DNA from: a virus
Reading direction: 5' to 3' (one strand)
UHGV virus genome: UHGV-0349066
DNA: 19,595 nt
In this document: positions 1-7,722 of the stretch, piece by piece
Layout: every line of letters begins with the position of its first letter
Position numbering within the stretch: the stretch's first letter is position 1
Position numbers and translations under genes: made by a program
Notes under the pieces: generated by a model
What the model saw: only the letters and a program-made list of their open reading frames with translations
The model's database searches: none
What the model was told of the DNA's origin: nothing

Positions 1-164
1 TTGCTGTGAGTCCAGTAGAACACGATGCTTTCATCATTGACTTGTTCTACACGGAAATGTACACCTTTATCCAGGAATATGCGATAAAGTTGATCGAGTA
101 ATTGTGCTTCGGGAACCGGACGGATTTCAGTTTTAACGAGCGGGGTAATTTCGATATTAAACAT
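1..164 (-). CDS. hypothetical protein (N-terminal part only; ORF runs off the window start)
   Basis: ATG at 164..162 preceded by AAAAGGAAAAA Shine-Dalgarno; open frame MFNIEITPLVKTEIRPVPEAQLLDQLYRIF... continues to position 1 without a stop. Confidence 0.45.
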   Translation of the reverse strand, partial: MFNIEITPLVKTEIRPVPEAQLLDQLYRIFLDKGVHFRVEQVNDESIVFYWTHS

Positions 165-185
165 GTCATTTTTCCTTTTGGTAAA

Positions 186-614
186 TTAGCTGTAGTTGTG
201 CTTAAAGAACTCTAAAGCACGCTGGTCGTTTGTAATCGCCGTTGTGGACATTCGTTTTAACGCTTGGCGGCAGTAAGGGTCATTCAGAATACGTTGCTGC
301 CAAGCATTGACTATTTCCGTCACTGTTTCCCCTTCTACAGCAGTGTTAAGTTTATCGAGACAGTGTCGGCCTAACAGAAACGCAACCGCGTAATCGGTAA
401 ACATCTCTGTGCCGAAAGGACCGTCGGGATAATCGCAACGTTTACGTACTGACGTTGCGGTAATGGAGTTATATGCGGTTTTTATTATCTCGTGAAATTG
501 TTCCACAGTTAAGACGTTAACGTCAGTACCTGAAAGCGTAAGTGAAGCCAGTACAGGAATACTGGCTGGATACTTACGGATATAATCACGCAAATCTGAA
601 TTGAGTGTTTTCAT
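186..614 (-). CDS. hypothetical protein (142 aa)
   Basis: ORF with ATG at 614; AAAGGGG Shine-Dalgarno about 8 nt upstream; start lies inside the 3' end of the upstream gene (29-nt overlap). Confidence 0.6.
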   Translation of the reverse strand: MKTLNSDLRDYIRKYPASIPVLASLTLSGTDVNVLTVEQFHEIIKTAYNSITATSVRKRCDYPDGPFGTEMFTDYAVAFLLGRHCLDKLNTAVEGETVTEIVNAWQQRILNDPYCRQALKRMSTTAITNDQRALEFFKHNYS

Positions 615-1362
615 TCATGAACCCCTTTGTTTTTATCCAATATAAGCAATTTGTACCAACCTGAACTGGTTCGATCCTATCGAGTTCTTCCATCAAGGCC
701 AGATAAGTCTGCCAAACGATTTGACGTTCGAGGAAAAATGATGTTGTGCCGTTAGACCTAACACAAGCACGTACCAGGTGCTCGGTTTGTGAAAACTGTA
801 TATTAACGTTGTTCAGGACACGTTGAATAGTATCAGAATCGTAATGCGCGAATCGATCTTTGTGTACCAGAACCAACTCTATAGGCGTGGAGTTATCATT
901 GACTGAAAAAGGTTCGTCAATACGAATAAGGTTATTCCGGTGAGGTACCCCATCATAACCGAGCGTATAAACATCCATACCTTCCCCTGGGTTACAGTCG
1001 AAATACTCCAGAAGTTTATCAGCGTTTTTCTCCGCCGAACGTTTAAAGTAAACAATATAAACGCCATGACTAACCTTCTCAACTTCGTATACTTTTTCGG
1101 AGTGCGCCCTGAAAATTGCCATGATGTTTAATCTTCCTTTGTCTTTAGCAACGTAACTCGCAACTAAACACGTCGCGTCGCCATGAAGAACATCGTCAAT
1201 GAACTCTTTTGCACGTTTTAATTCTTCCTCGTTAAAACCACCGATAGTGAGCTCATTTCCACAAAACTGATAAGCGAGGTGCGAAGTAACGTTTTTCAGG
1301 AAACTCGTAATGATGTGCGAGTATGCCCAAAGACTGCTATTTTTAAACTCAACAGTTTTCAT
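586..1362 (-). CDS. hypothetical protein (258 aa)
   Basis: Long ORF, ATG at 1362 with AAAGGA Shine-Dalgarno; same strand as neighbours. Confidence 0.65.
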   Translation of the reverse strand: MKTVEFKNSSLWAYSHIITSFLKNVTSHLAYQFCGNELTIGGFNEEELKRAKEFIDDVLHGDATCLVASYVAKDKGRLNIMAIFRAHSEKVYEVEKVSHGVYIVYFKRSAEKNADKLLEYFDCNPGEGMDVYTLGYDGVPHRNNLIRIDEPFSVNDNSTPIELVLVHKDRFAHYDSDTIQRVLNNVNIQFSQTEHLVRACVRSNGTTSFFLERQIVWQTYLALMEELDRIEPVQVGTNCLYWIKTKGFMNENTQFRFA

Positions 1363-1385
1363 TTTTATTTTCCTTTTAGTTTTAC

Positions 1386-1421
1386 ATATCGAAATAATAG
1401 GGTAAGGGATTCCCTTACCCT
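1386..1421 (-). terminator. candidate weak terminator or mRNA 3' stabilising hairpin
   Basis: 10-bp stem AGGGTAAGGG / CCCTTACCCT (1399-1408 / 1412-1421) with 3-nt loop, followed on the minus strand by ATTATTTCG (short, interrupted U-tract). Confidence 0.4.
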
Positions 1422-1443
1422 GTAGTGTAATTAAACGTTGAAG

Positions 1444-1710
1444 TTAAATCGCACGTTTAGCAGTAATGGTACTGACGATTTCGCACACCATATTGAACAT
1501 TTCCTCATCGGTACGTACTGCGACAGTATAGCCAATATCGATAGAGTCTTTACGGAAACCCATAAAGAACAACGCACCGAAGTGTTTGCGGAACGCTTTA
1601 TACAGCGCATCTTTTTCATCTTCGGTTAATACGTAGTCTAGTTCAACAGTAAACTTGTAATCTTCTTTAGAAACGAATTCTTTAGCATAATCAGCTTTAG
1701 TGAAGTTCAT
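1444..1710 (-). CDS. hypothetical protein (88 aa)
   Basis: ATG at 1710 preceded by AGGAGA Shine-Dalgarno; located downstream of promoter-like motif and hairpin at 1739-1780. Confidence 0.6.
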   Translation of the reverse strand: MNFTKADYAKEFVSKEDYKFTVELDYVLTEDEKDALYKAFRKHFGALFFMGFRKDSIDIGYTVAVRTDEEMFNMVCEIVSTITAKRAI

Positions 1711-1738
1711 GGTATATTCTCCTAAAATGGTTCGTTAA

Positions 1739-1786
1739 GTGAGAGCTTTTGTACTCTCACCTAAGTAATATATATCTGAAATTATT
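1739..1786 (-). promoter_or_regulatory. phage promoter-like motif TCAGATATATATTACTTAGG followed by 5'-proximal hairpin (copy 2)
   Basis: Motif at plus 1761-1780; hairpin GTGAGAG / CTCTCAC at 1739-1760; AT-rich upstream flank; precedes the gene starting at 1710. Confidence 0.4.
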
Positions 1787-1790
1787 TTTA

Positions 1791-2072
1791 TTAAAATCCC
1801 GCAATAAAACTGCCTAGCGAGACACGCTGTAGGTATTTTGGTTTGCGTGCCAGGTAACAGTTCTTAGGATTACCTATTGCCATCTGTGCAACTGCACGTT
1901 CTAAACGCGGCGCTTCTAAGATGGCACGATAGTTCCCTTCGTAATGCATTAACCACGCACACTCTTCAACGAAACGTTTTGCTTCTCGGTATTCTAACGT
2001 ACGAATACGTTTCTTACCACGATACAAAACCACATCACCATTACTACGAAATACAACTGTTTCACGCTTCAT
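1791..2072 (-). CDS. hypothetical protein (93 aa; start refined from ORF track)
   Basis: ORF-track start at 2093 is GTG without a ribosome-binding site; internal ATG at 2072 has GGGAGG 6 nt upstream and overlaps the TGA of the upstream gene (ATGA-type coupling). Confidence 0.6.
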   Translation of the reverse strand: MKRETVVFRSNGDVVLYRGKKRIRTLEYREAKRFVEECAWLMHYEGNYRAILEAPRLERAVAQMAIGNPKNCYLARKPKYLQRVSLGSFIAGF

Positions 2073-2349
2073 TAATAACCTCCCATAGTTCACGTTTCAC
2101 TTCAAGTTTATATTTTTCTACTTCAGGACGACAGTGAATCGTTGCCTTCTTGACCAACTCTAACCCACCGTCTTTCGATATCTTACCTTCACTAATCAGT
2201 TCGGTAATAGCACAAAGTTTAAAATAAAGTTCGCCCATTTCAGTGAGCATCTTATCTTGTTGTTTTATTAGCTCATCTTGCGTAGAGATAATTTTATCGT
2301 TGGTTTCGCAGACAGGACATTCCTTACGTTTAAATAAATTAAAAACCAC
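2062..2349 (-). CDS. hypothetical protein with N-terminal CPVC motif (95 aa; start refined)
   Basis: GTG at 2349 with AAAGGAGG 5 nt upstream; the ORF-track ATG at 2388 lacks a Shine-Dalgarno and would overlap the upstream gene by 50 nt. Confidence 0.55.
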   Translation of the reverse strand: MVFNLFKRKECPVCETNDKIISTQDELIKQQDKMLTEMGELYFKLCAITELISEGKISKDGGLELVKKATIHCRPEVEKYKLEVKRELWEVINEA

Positions 2350-2647
2350 TATCGCCTCCTTTGGCAATCCAGGTCGCCACACGCACATGAGCGTCTTGAA
2401 AAGACGAAATCAGCAAGATCACACCGCCTAACGTACGTGGTACGCGTAAGGCTTCGAAACGACGGCAGTAAGAGCGTACGCAATACTCGGAACCTAAGAT
2501 AACGATTTCGCAGTATTCTGAACGAATAGGCAGTAGTTGAGAAACGAGTTTATCGCACGTTTCTTTATTGTCTTCTAACAACCCACCGCGGAGAATATAG
2601 TTGACGATGTTCTCAGGTACCGATGTGTTTGTGATTTTGTTTTCCAT
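2339..2647 (-). CDS. hypothetical Cys-rich protein (102 aa)
   Basis: ATG at 2647 with GGAGAT Shine-Dalgarno; five Cys in the central region. Confidence 0.6.
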   Translation of the reverse strand: MENKITNTSVPENIVNYILRGGLLEDNKETCDKLVSQLLPIRSEYCEIVILGSEYCVRSYCRRFEALRVPRTLGGVILLISSFQDAHVRVATWIAKGGDSGF

Positions 2648-2650
2648 CTT

Positions 2651-3016
2651 TTAAATCTCCACCGTGGTTCTTTCAGTTTCTTTAATAAACTTACTGAGCG
2701 AATCATTTAAACGTTTTACTCTTTCACCAAACTTAACCATCGTGTCGTAAAGATTCTGTGCTGTAGCATTAAATAGAATCGGACCGTTTTTCAATTCCAA
2801 GGCAGAAACTAGATAGTATTCAGCATTGAAGATTGCTCCTCCCTCGCGCCCTATTCTAACAACTACATTACGAACTTGTACGTTTTGCAATCCTCCATTT
2901 GCTAACGTAATAATTTCTGTATACCAGTCACCTGATTTAACTACTGTTTGGACATTCTTACCGCAAGCCCAGGTTTTAAACGAATCGTTTAACCAATATT
3001 TAATTTTGTTCAGCAT
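2651..3016 (-). CDS. hypothetical protein (121 aa)
   Basis: ORF with ATG at 3016; packed 3 nt from the upstream stop. Confidence 0.6.
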   Translation of the reverse strand: MLNKIKYWLNDSFKTWACGKNVQTVVKSGDWYTEIITLANGGLQNVQVRNVVVRIGREGGAIFNAEYYLVSALELKNGPILFNATAQNLYDTMVKFGERVKRLNDSLSKFIKETERTTVEI

Positions 3017-3019
3017 ATT

Positions 3020-3328
3020 TCATTTACTTCTTACATTATCTCTTAAATTAAAAAATTCTTGTAACGAGCCCAGAATTAAATGATCTCTCATGTAAGGAAG
3101 TCTTTTACCGTACAATCTACGCTTAGGTTTTCCTTTTAAGATTCCCCCGGTAGAGTAAACGTCTATCACAACATCTCGAACCATGACTGTGTATTCCTTT
3201 CCAAAACGAATCACTGTTTCTTCATGGGGTTCGGATTCCGATACAACCTCTTCTACAATACGGCCGTAAAACAAAGAAAAGGCAATTTTGTATAGTTTGG
3301 CTTTAAGAATAATCAAAATACCGTGCAT
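3020..3328 (-). CDS. hypothetical protein (102 aa)
   Basis: ATG at 3328 with GGGAGGAG Shine-Dalgarno; the Shine-Dalgarno partly lies in the stem of the hairpin at 3342-3365. Confidence 0.6.
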   Translation of the reverse strand: MHGILIILKAKLYKIAFSLFYGRIVEEVVSESEPHEETVIRFGKEYTVMVRDVVIDVYSTGGILKGKPKRRLYGKRLPYMRDHLILGSLQEFFNLRDNVRSK

Positions 3329-3341
3329 CTTTCTTTCTCCT

Positions 3342-3365
3342 CCCTCTCAGGGGTTCCTGAGAGGG
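3342..3365 (-). promoter_or_regulatory. GC-rich intergenic hairpin overlapping the Shine-Dalgarno of the downstream gene
   Basis: Perfect 10-bp stem CCCTCTCAGG / CCTGAGAGGG with 4-nt loop; on the mRNA the 3' arm ends in GGG, which forms the start of the GGGAGGAG Shine-Dalgarno of the gene starting at 3328; no U-tract follows. Confidence 0.4.
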
Positions 3366-3371
3366 GTTATA

Positions 3372-3653
3372 TCACAGTTTCTCTTCTATTGTATCTAATC
3401 GAACTAACGCATCGTGACTGACTTTACGTGCATGTCCAATCGTACTGCCTAAAGCTTTTGTTGTTGGGTCTAAGGTATTCAGACGGTGATACTGATAATC
3501 GATATCCCGTATACAACGCGCCTGTTGTTTTACCATCCGAATTAATTGTCGTTTGGTTTGGCGATTGTTACTAAGTTCCTGCCGTAACCGTGCGTTTTCT
3601 TTATAAAGCTCCTGTTGACGTGAGTTAATTAATCCCAACAACCAATCTAACAT
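3372..3653 (-). CDS. hypothetical protein, coiled-coil-like N-terminus (93 aa)
   Basis: ATG at 3653 with GGGGGT Shine-Dalgarno; heptad-like charged N-terminal half (QQELYKENARLRQELSNNRQTKRQLIRMVKQQ). Confidence 0.6.
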   Translation of the reverse strand: MLDWLLGLINSRQQELYKENARLRQELSNNRQTKRQLIRMVKQQARCIRDIDYQYHRLNTLDPTTKALGSTIGHARKVSHDALVRLDTIEEKL

Positions 3654-3655
3654 TT

Positions 3656-4171
3656 TTACCCCCGGTGCAAGAAAATACGGTTAGTGTTTTCGAATTTCGG
3701 TTCTGTCCACTCCAGTTCCCAGTAAGCCTGGTTAATATCACGAGACGTGAGTTTCAAATTCAAAACACCGGGGATATCGATCTGTTGCAGTAAATTAATA
3801 ATCGACACCAGCTCTTTACGAGGGCGGTTCCAGATAACTTCAAGATACTCTTTCAGACGTTCTGGGTAAGCGACAGGTCGAATATAGACTAACCCAGCGG
3901 GATACTCAATTGCTGAGGGAGTTTTAGGGACTAACCAAACCCAGTCTTTTAATAGCGGTCCTGGGTGATAGTTGGAGAGTTGGGTAAGCGCGTTTGCGAC
4001 CGAACAGCAACGGAAGTAGGTGATATCCCAATCGCGTTCATGACAATTTCGCGCAACGATAACTTTTAAACGGTCAATAGGTTTACCGTCGATAGTCGTA
4101 ACACCAGGTTGATTCGCCAGAATCTGACGTTCACGTTTAGTATAAAGATTCATGTTAATATTTACTGACAT
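3656..4171 (-). CDS. hypothetical protein (171 aa)
   Basis: ATG at 4171 with AAGGAG Shine-Dalgarno 6 nt upstream. Confidence 0.65.
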   Translation of the reverse strand: MSVNINMNLYTKRERQILANQPGVTTIDGKPIDRLKVIVARNCHERDWDITYFRCCSVANALTQLSNYHPGPLLKDWVWLVPKTPSAIEYPAGLVYIRPVAYPERLKEYLEVIWNRPRKELVSIINLLQQIDIPGVLNLKLTSRDINQAYWELEWTEPKFENTNRIFLHRG

Positions 4172-4213
4172 TTAATGCTCCTTTAGGTAGATAGTGTGGT
4201 GTTTAAGCCTTCA

Positions 4214-5059
4214 TTATTTAAGATTTCGAATTTCTCTCATCTCGTTACAAAACTTATCAAACAACTGTGCGTATTTGTCAATGCGATTTTCGAACTCCCC
4301 AAAAAGGTGGCGTGAAAGGCGTTCGCTGATTTCCTTTTCGTATTTCTCGAAAACGTGTTTAAAAGATTCATTACATCTCTTAATTTCCCGCACATGAGTT
4401 TTCAAAGCTTTAAGAAACCGTGGTTTGTTTCTGATCAGGAGATGTAAATTATCTTTAAGATACTTGCTTTGACAAATTATAAACCCACCGAGTTCTTTTT
4501 CAACATTCACGGCTCGGATAATAAGCTCATCAGCATCGGCTTCTGTGATATTTTCAACGGTAAATAGCAGAATATTCTCGTCCTCTATATCTTTCAATAG
4601 TTGATCTATAAGAGCACGATAACCAGTATATTTATAGCTCGCTTTAAGCACGTTGTCTTCAATCACATACGTGAATTTATCGCTGAAAAAATGGTGTAGT
4701 ATTGGTTCAATTTTATCTGCTTGTTTAGGGGTAAGTGGAAACTCGCTTGTGTAACGAGCGGTGTCTTTCATAGTTGGCTTGTCCATTAGCCCACAAGTCG
4801 ACTGTTCTGGTAATTCTGGATCTTTAGACACCTCAACAGACCGTACTAAAATATCCGTAATCGCACTAATGAGTTTGTTAGGGAAATCGACATCACCTTC
4901 TACCCAGAAAATATTAAATGTTTCCGATTTAACTTTATAGTAAAAAGTGTACTTATTTTGTAATTCAATGATTTCCTTAATTTGTTCTTCAGTAGGGATA
5001 GGGGAGATCTTAAACCTGCCGATGACTTTTTCTTCTTCGGTGAGTTCGAACTGTAACAT
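4214..5059 (-). CDS. hypothetical protein (281 aa)
   Basis: ATG at 5059 with AAGGAA Shine-Dalgarno; long uninterrupted ORF. Confidence 0.7.
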   Translation of the reverse strand: MLQFELTEEEKVIGRFKISPIPTEEQIKEIIELQNKYTFYYKVKSETFNIFWVEGDVDFPNKLISAITDILVRSVEVSKDPELPEQSTCGLMDKPTMKDTARYTSEFPLTPKQADKIEPILHHFFSDKFTYVIEDNVLKASYKYTGYRALIDQLLKDIEDENILLFTVENITEADADELIIRAVNVEKELGGFIICQSKYLKDNLHLLIRNKPRFLKALKTHVREIKRCNESFKHVFEKYEKEISERLSRHLFGEFENRIDKYAQLFDKFCNEMREIRNLK

Positions 5060-5070
5060 GTTATAGTTCC

Positions 5071-5514
5071 TTAAATCATACCTGGGAATTCGAAATCGAT
5101 TTTATCTAAAAGTTTGTAGTCATCTTTTAGCTGAAGCATCAGTGTATTCTTAAACAGCTCAAGTGAACCGATAAAGTAAGCCGTATAGCAGCTACCACGA
5201 ACAGAAAAGGAAACAGCCAACGCTCTTAAACACTGTTTCAAGATTTCATGTTCTTCAGCGGTACCGAACAACTGGAAATTGATGACGGTAATCTGTTTAT
5301 TAATGATCGCCGATAACCATTCTTTAATTCTTCTTGTGGTTATACGTTCTTTGAAATCACTAGCTTCTGGCAACCAGGTAATGTGTACAAATGGGGCAGC
5401 ATAGTCGACGAGAACTTTTTGCTGCCAACGTACTTGCATCAAACCACGAATACGGTTTGCTAACGTTTCAGAATCACAAAGTAACATAATGCCGTTAGTA
5501 GTATTTGGCTTCAT
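5071..5514 (-). CDS. hypothetical protein (147 aa)
   Basis: ATG at 5514 overlapping the TGA of the upstream gene (ATGA). Confidence 0.65.
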   Translation of the reverse strand: MKPNTTNGIMLLCDSETLANRIRGLMQVRWQQKVLVDYAAPFVHITWLPEASDFKERITTRRIKEWLSAIINKQITVINFQLFGTAEEHEILKQCLRALAVSFSVRGSCYTAYFIGSLELFKNTLMLQLKDDYKLLDKIDFEFPGMI

Positions 5515-6362
5515 AATTGCCCTTCCTTCTTAATGTAATCTTCAACCAACTTATCAAACACGATTTTTATTTTCTCGCGTTCTTCTTCACCCAATTCACC
5601 AGAACAGGTTAGCCCATTTATCTTCCCGTACCGTAATTCCAACACATACTTCAACCGATGACGTAAGGCTTGTTCAAAATGCGTCGGGATATAGATCGGT
5701 TCGAAGTTGTGTAATAAAGTAAAATTGTCTTCGGTGTGTTTAGGGGGTTCGAATTTTACTTTATCTAAGATAGTAAGCCAACGGTGTCTGTCGACTAACC
5801 GATCGTCCCAATATACCGGTTTTGTCTTAGAGGGAGTAAGTGTATTGTAGTTACTGGAATCAGAGACACGGAAATTTGCCGTGACATAAGTCTTCGAGAG
5901 TAACGAGAGAAGACAAATCGTGCCTTCTTCAGGGTAGCTTAAAAGCTCCCCGAGTATGTCTTTAGCTTTCTTGAAGTAGTCTCTAATATAGTCTTCAGCA
6001 ATTGGCTGAATTTCTACTTCTATAGCGCTAATTTGAGGTCCGTCTATCCGTAAAGGAAATTTTAGCTCAGCTTTATATTGCCTATCCGACGTATAAGCGC
6101 GTGTAACAATAGGGTACGTAACAGGCTTAGCTAAATGACGATATTCATCATCTCTAATGACTGAGTAACGTCCAAACCCACCTTTATTCGATTTTGAAAA
6201 AGCGTAAAGGTCTTTTAGATACTCCAGATACTGGCCATCGGTCATTTCATCGGTATTAAATTCACGAATATAAAGTCGTTCAACAAATCCCTTTGTTTGT
6301 TCGTAGTAATAACTGGGGTCCCTATTTGCTAGAATGTGCGGGAGATAATACGGGTGTGGCAT
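5511..6362 (-). CDS. hypothetical protein (283 aa); first gene after terminator and promoter-like motif
   Basis: ATG at 6362 with AAAGGAGG 5 nt upstream; preceded by hairpin and TCAGATATATATTACCTAGG motif. Confidence 0.7.
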   Translation of the reverse strand: MPHPYYLPHILANRDPSYYYEQTKGFVERLYIREFNTDEMTDGQYLEYLKDLYAFSKSNKGGFGRYSVIRDDEYRHLAKPVTYPIVTRAYTSDRQYKAELKFPLRIDGPQISAIEVEIQPIAEDYIRDYFKKAKDILGELLSYPEEGTICLLSLLSKTYVTANFRVSDSSNYNTLTPSKTKPVYWDDRLVDRHRWLTILDKVKFEPPKHTEDNFTLLHNFEPIYIPTHFEQALRHRLKYVLELRYGKINGLTCSGELGEEEREKIKIVFDKLVEDYIKKEGQL

Positions 6363-6389
6363 CTAATCCTCCTTTAGGCTATAACTAAT

Positions 6390-6440
6390 AGAGCGAATGT
6401 AAATTTCGCTCTCCCCTAGGTAATATATATCTGAGAAAAA
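6390..6440 (-). promoter_or_regulatory. phage promoter-like motif TCAGATATATATTACCTAGG followed by 5'-proximal hairpin (copy 1)
   Basis: Minus-strand motif (plus 6417-6434) directly downstream of the terminator T-run; 8-bp hairpin AGAGCGAA / TTCGCTCT at 6390-6412; near-identical motif plus a different hairpin at 1739-1780. Confidence 0.4.
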
Positions 6441-6481
6441 ATAAAAAAAAGAAAGGTAGTAGGGGCTTAGCCCCTACTACC
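6435..6481 (-). terminator. rho-independent terminator ending the fibre/adhesin gene block
   Basis: 12-bp stem GGTAGTAGGGGC / GCCCCTACTACC (6455-6466 / 6470-6481), loop TTA, followed on the minus strand by TTTCTTTTTTTTATTTTTT. Confidence 0.8.
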
Positions 6482-6487
6482 TAAAAA

Positions 6488-7108
6488 TTATTTCATTCCG
6501 TTCTGAGAAAGCGTTGTCCCTGTAAGATGCTTAATAACGATCTTAACAGGTAAATTACTATTCTCGTATTGTACTTCGGTTTCAGACAAATCGGTGATAT
6601 CGATAACTTTAGAGGGTAACTTCGCTAAAACAACACGAATGGTGTGGGTTATTGTACCCGCTGTGGTTTTTGTACCACTAACGTAGAAGTACGCATCAAT
6701 AATACCACCATCTGCTGCCAGGTAAACCAATTTATTTTCCAACAGACACTGGCTATAAATTGACACTCCAGATAATTGCGTAACACCCAGCCTGTTATTA
6801 ACGTCAACCGTTGTTTTGCAGATTACCGCACCACCTGTCAACGTTTTTTCTACCACCATATTTCCCGATAAGGTTTTTGCATCCATTTTTGGTATAATCG
6901 GATGAGCGCCGTCAACAAACAACCCATCGTTGTTAGACTTAAGGATGTTATTCGCCGACGGACTCACTGTAACCTCGGTACCCCCTAATTTCTCAATCGG
7001 GAGTTGGTATTCAGTTTGTTCCTTAGACGCTAAGACTACTACACCCGTGATGTCTTCTGAAAGTGTCTCCAGTTCATGAATGCGCACCTTTCCTACCAGT
7101 TCAGCCAC
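6488..7108 (-). CDS. short fibre-like protein sharing the N-terminal anchor domain of the long tail fibre (206 aa)
   Basis: GTG start at 7108 with GGAGGT 5 nt upstream; N-terminus MAELVGKVRIHELETLSEDITGVVVLASKEQTEYQLPIEKL aligns with the long-fibre N-terminus MAKAVKKIRLHDLRPYTGDIGEGVLLFSKDERDYQLPVREI. Confidence 0.7.
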   Translation of the reverse strand: MAELVGKVRIHELETLSEDITGVVVLASKEQTEYQLPIEKLGGTEVTVSPSANNILKSNNDGLFVDGAHPIIPKMDAKTLSGNMVVEKTLTGGAVICKTTVDVNNRLGVTQLSGVSIYSQCLLENKLVYLAADGGIIDAYFYVSGTKTTAGTITHTIRVVLAKLPSKVIDITDLSETEVQYENSNLPVKIVIKHLTGTTLSQNGMK

Positions 7109-7110
7109 TA

Positions 7111-7623
7111 TTAACCTCCAAAGGTTAAGACACGGTTATCTGCGGTAACGATTAAATCGTTGTCTTTTACTACAGCGGCTTCTTCATCGTTACCGAAAAC
7201 CAGAACGGAGAATTGGCCTTTATAACCTAACGAGTTGGGTGAAACCTGTAACGTTACAGCGTCTTTCCCCACGGTAAATGAATCGTCCTGAAGATCTTCG
7301 GGTTGCAGGTTACTGCCACAGGCTGCGTTAATCGCGTCGATTAAATCGTGTGTGCTAAACCCCTCACCAGTTACTTGCACCAGAATAGGTTGCTGGTTTA
7401 ACCAACGTTCTGCGGTTAAACGGTTGTAATAGATTTGTAACGTTCTGTTACCGGGACGTTTTATCTTTACAACAGCAGTGGTGTCACGATCCATTTCGTT
7501 ACTGGTCTTTACGTCGCTGACTTCAACCTCGTTCTCTTGCAAGTCGAGCTGGAGGTCATGGTTAACCAGTGAAATAACCATGTTAAGTGAAGTTAACGAC
7601 AAATCTGGCGTGAATTGTTCCAC
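7111..7623 (-). CDS. hypothetical fibre-associated protein, paralog of the 13829..14389 product (170 aa)
   Basis: GTG start at 7623 with AGGAGG upstream; shares motifs PDLSL, VNHD and CGSNLQPEDL with the other paralog (FCGTNLQPEDL). Confidence 0.7.
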   Translation of the reverse strand: MEQFTPDLSLTSLNMVISLVNHDLQLDLQENEVEVSDVKTSNEMDRDTTAVVKIKRPGNRTLQIYYNRLTAERWLNQQPILVQVTGEGFSTHDLIDAINAACGSNLQPEDLQDDSFTVGKDAVTLQVSPNSLGYKGQFSVLVFGNDEEAAVVKDNDLIVTADNRVLTFGG

Positions 7624-7678
7624 GTATGGTTACCTCCTATGATTGGGGAGACGTAAAATGTTGGCTAAAAACATTTCA

Positions 7679-7688
7679 CCCCCCCCCC
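7679..7688. repeat. homopolymer C10 (G10 on the coding strand) in an intergenic region
   Basis: Ten consecutive C at 7679-7688 between the gp38-like paralog stop (7723) and the start of the 7111..7623 gene, flanked by two AT-rich hairpins. Confidence 0.9.
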
Positions 7689-7722
7689 GATTACGTTTTC
7701 AAGCACATTCGCTTGAAAATTA

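Noticed and set aside
879-1131. Overlapping ORFs 879..1082 (-) and 940..1131 (+) inside the 586..1362 gene
   Set aside because: Alternative-frame or antisense ORFs within a longer, better-supported ORF; no ribosome-binding sites.
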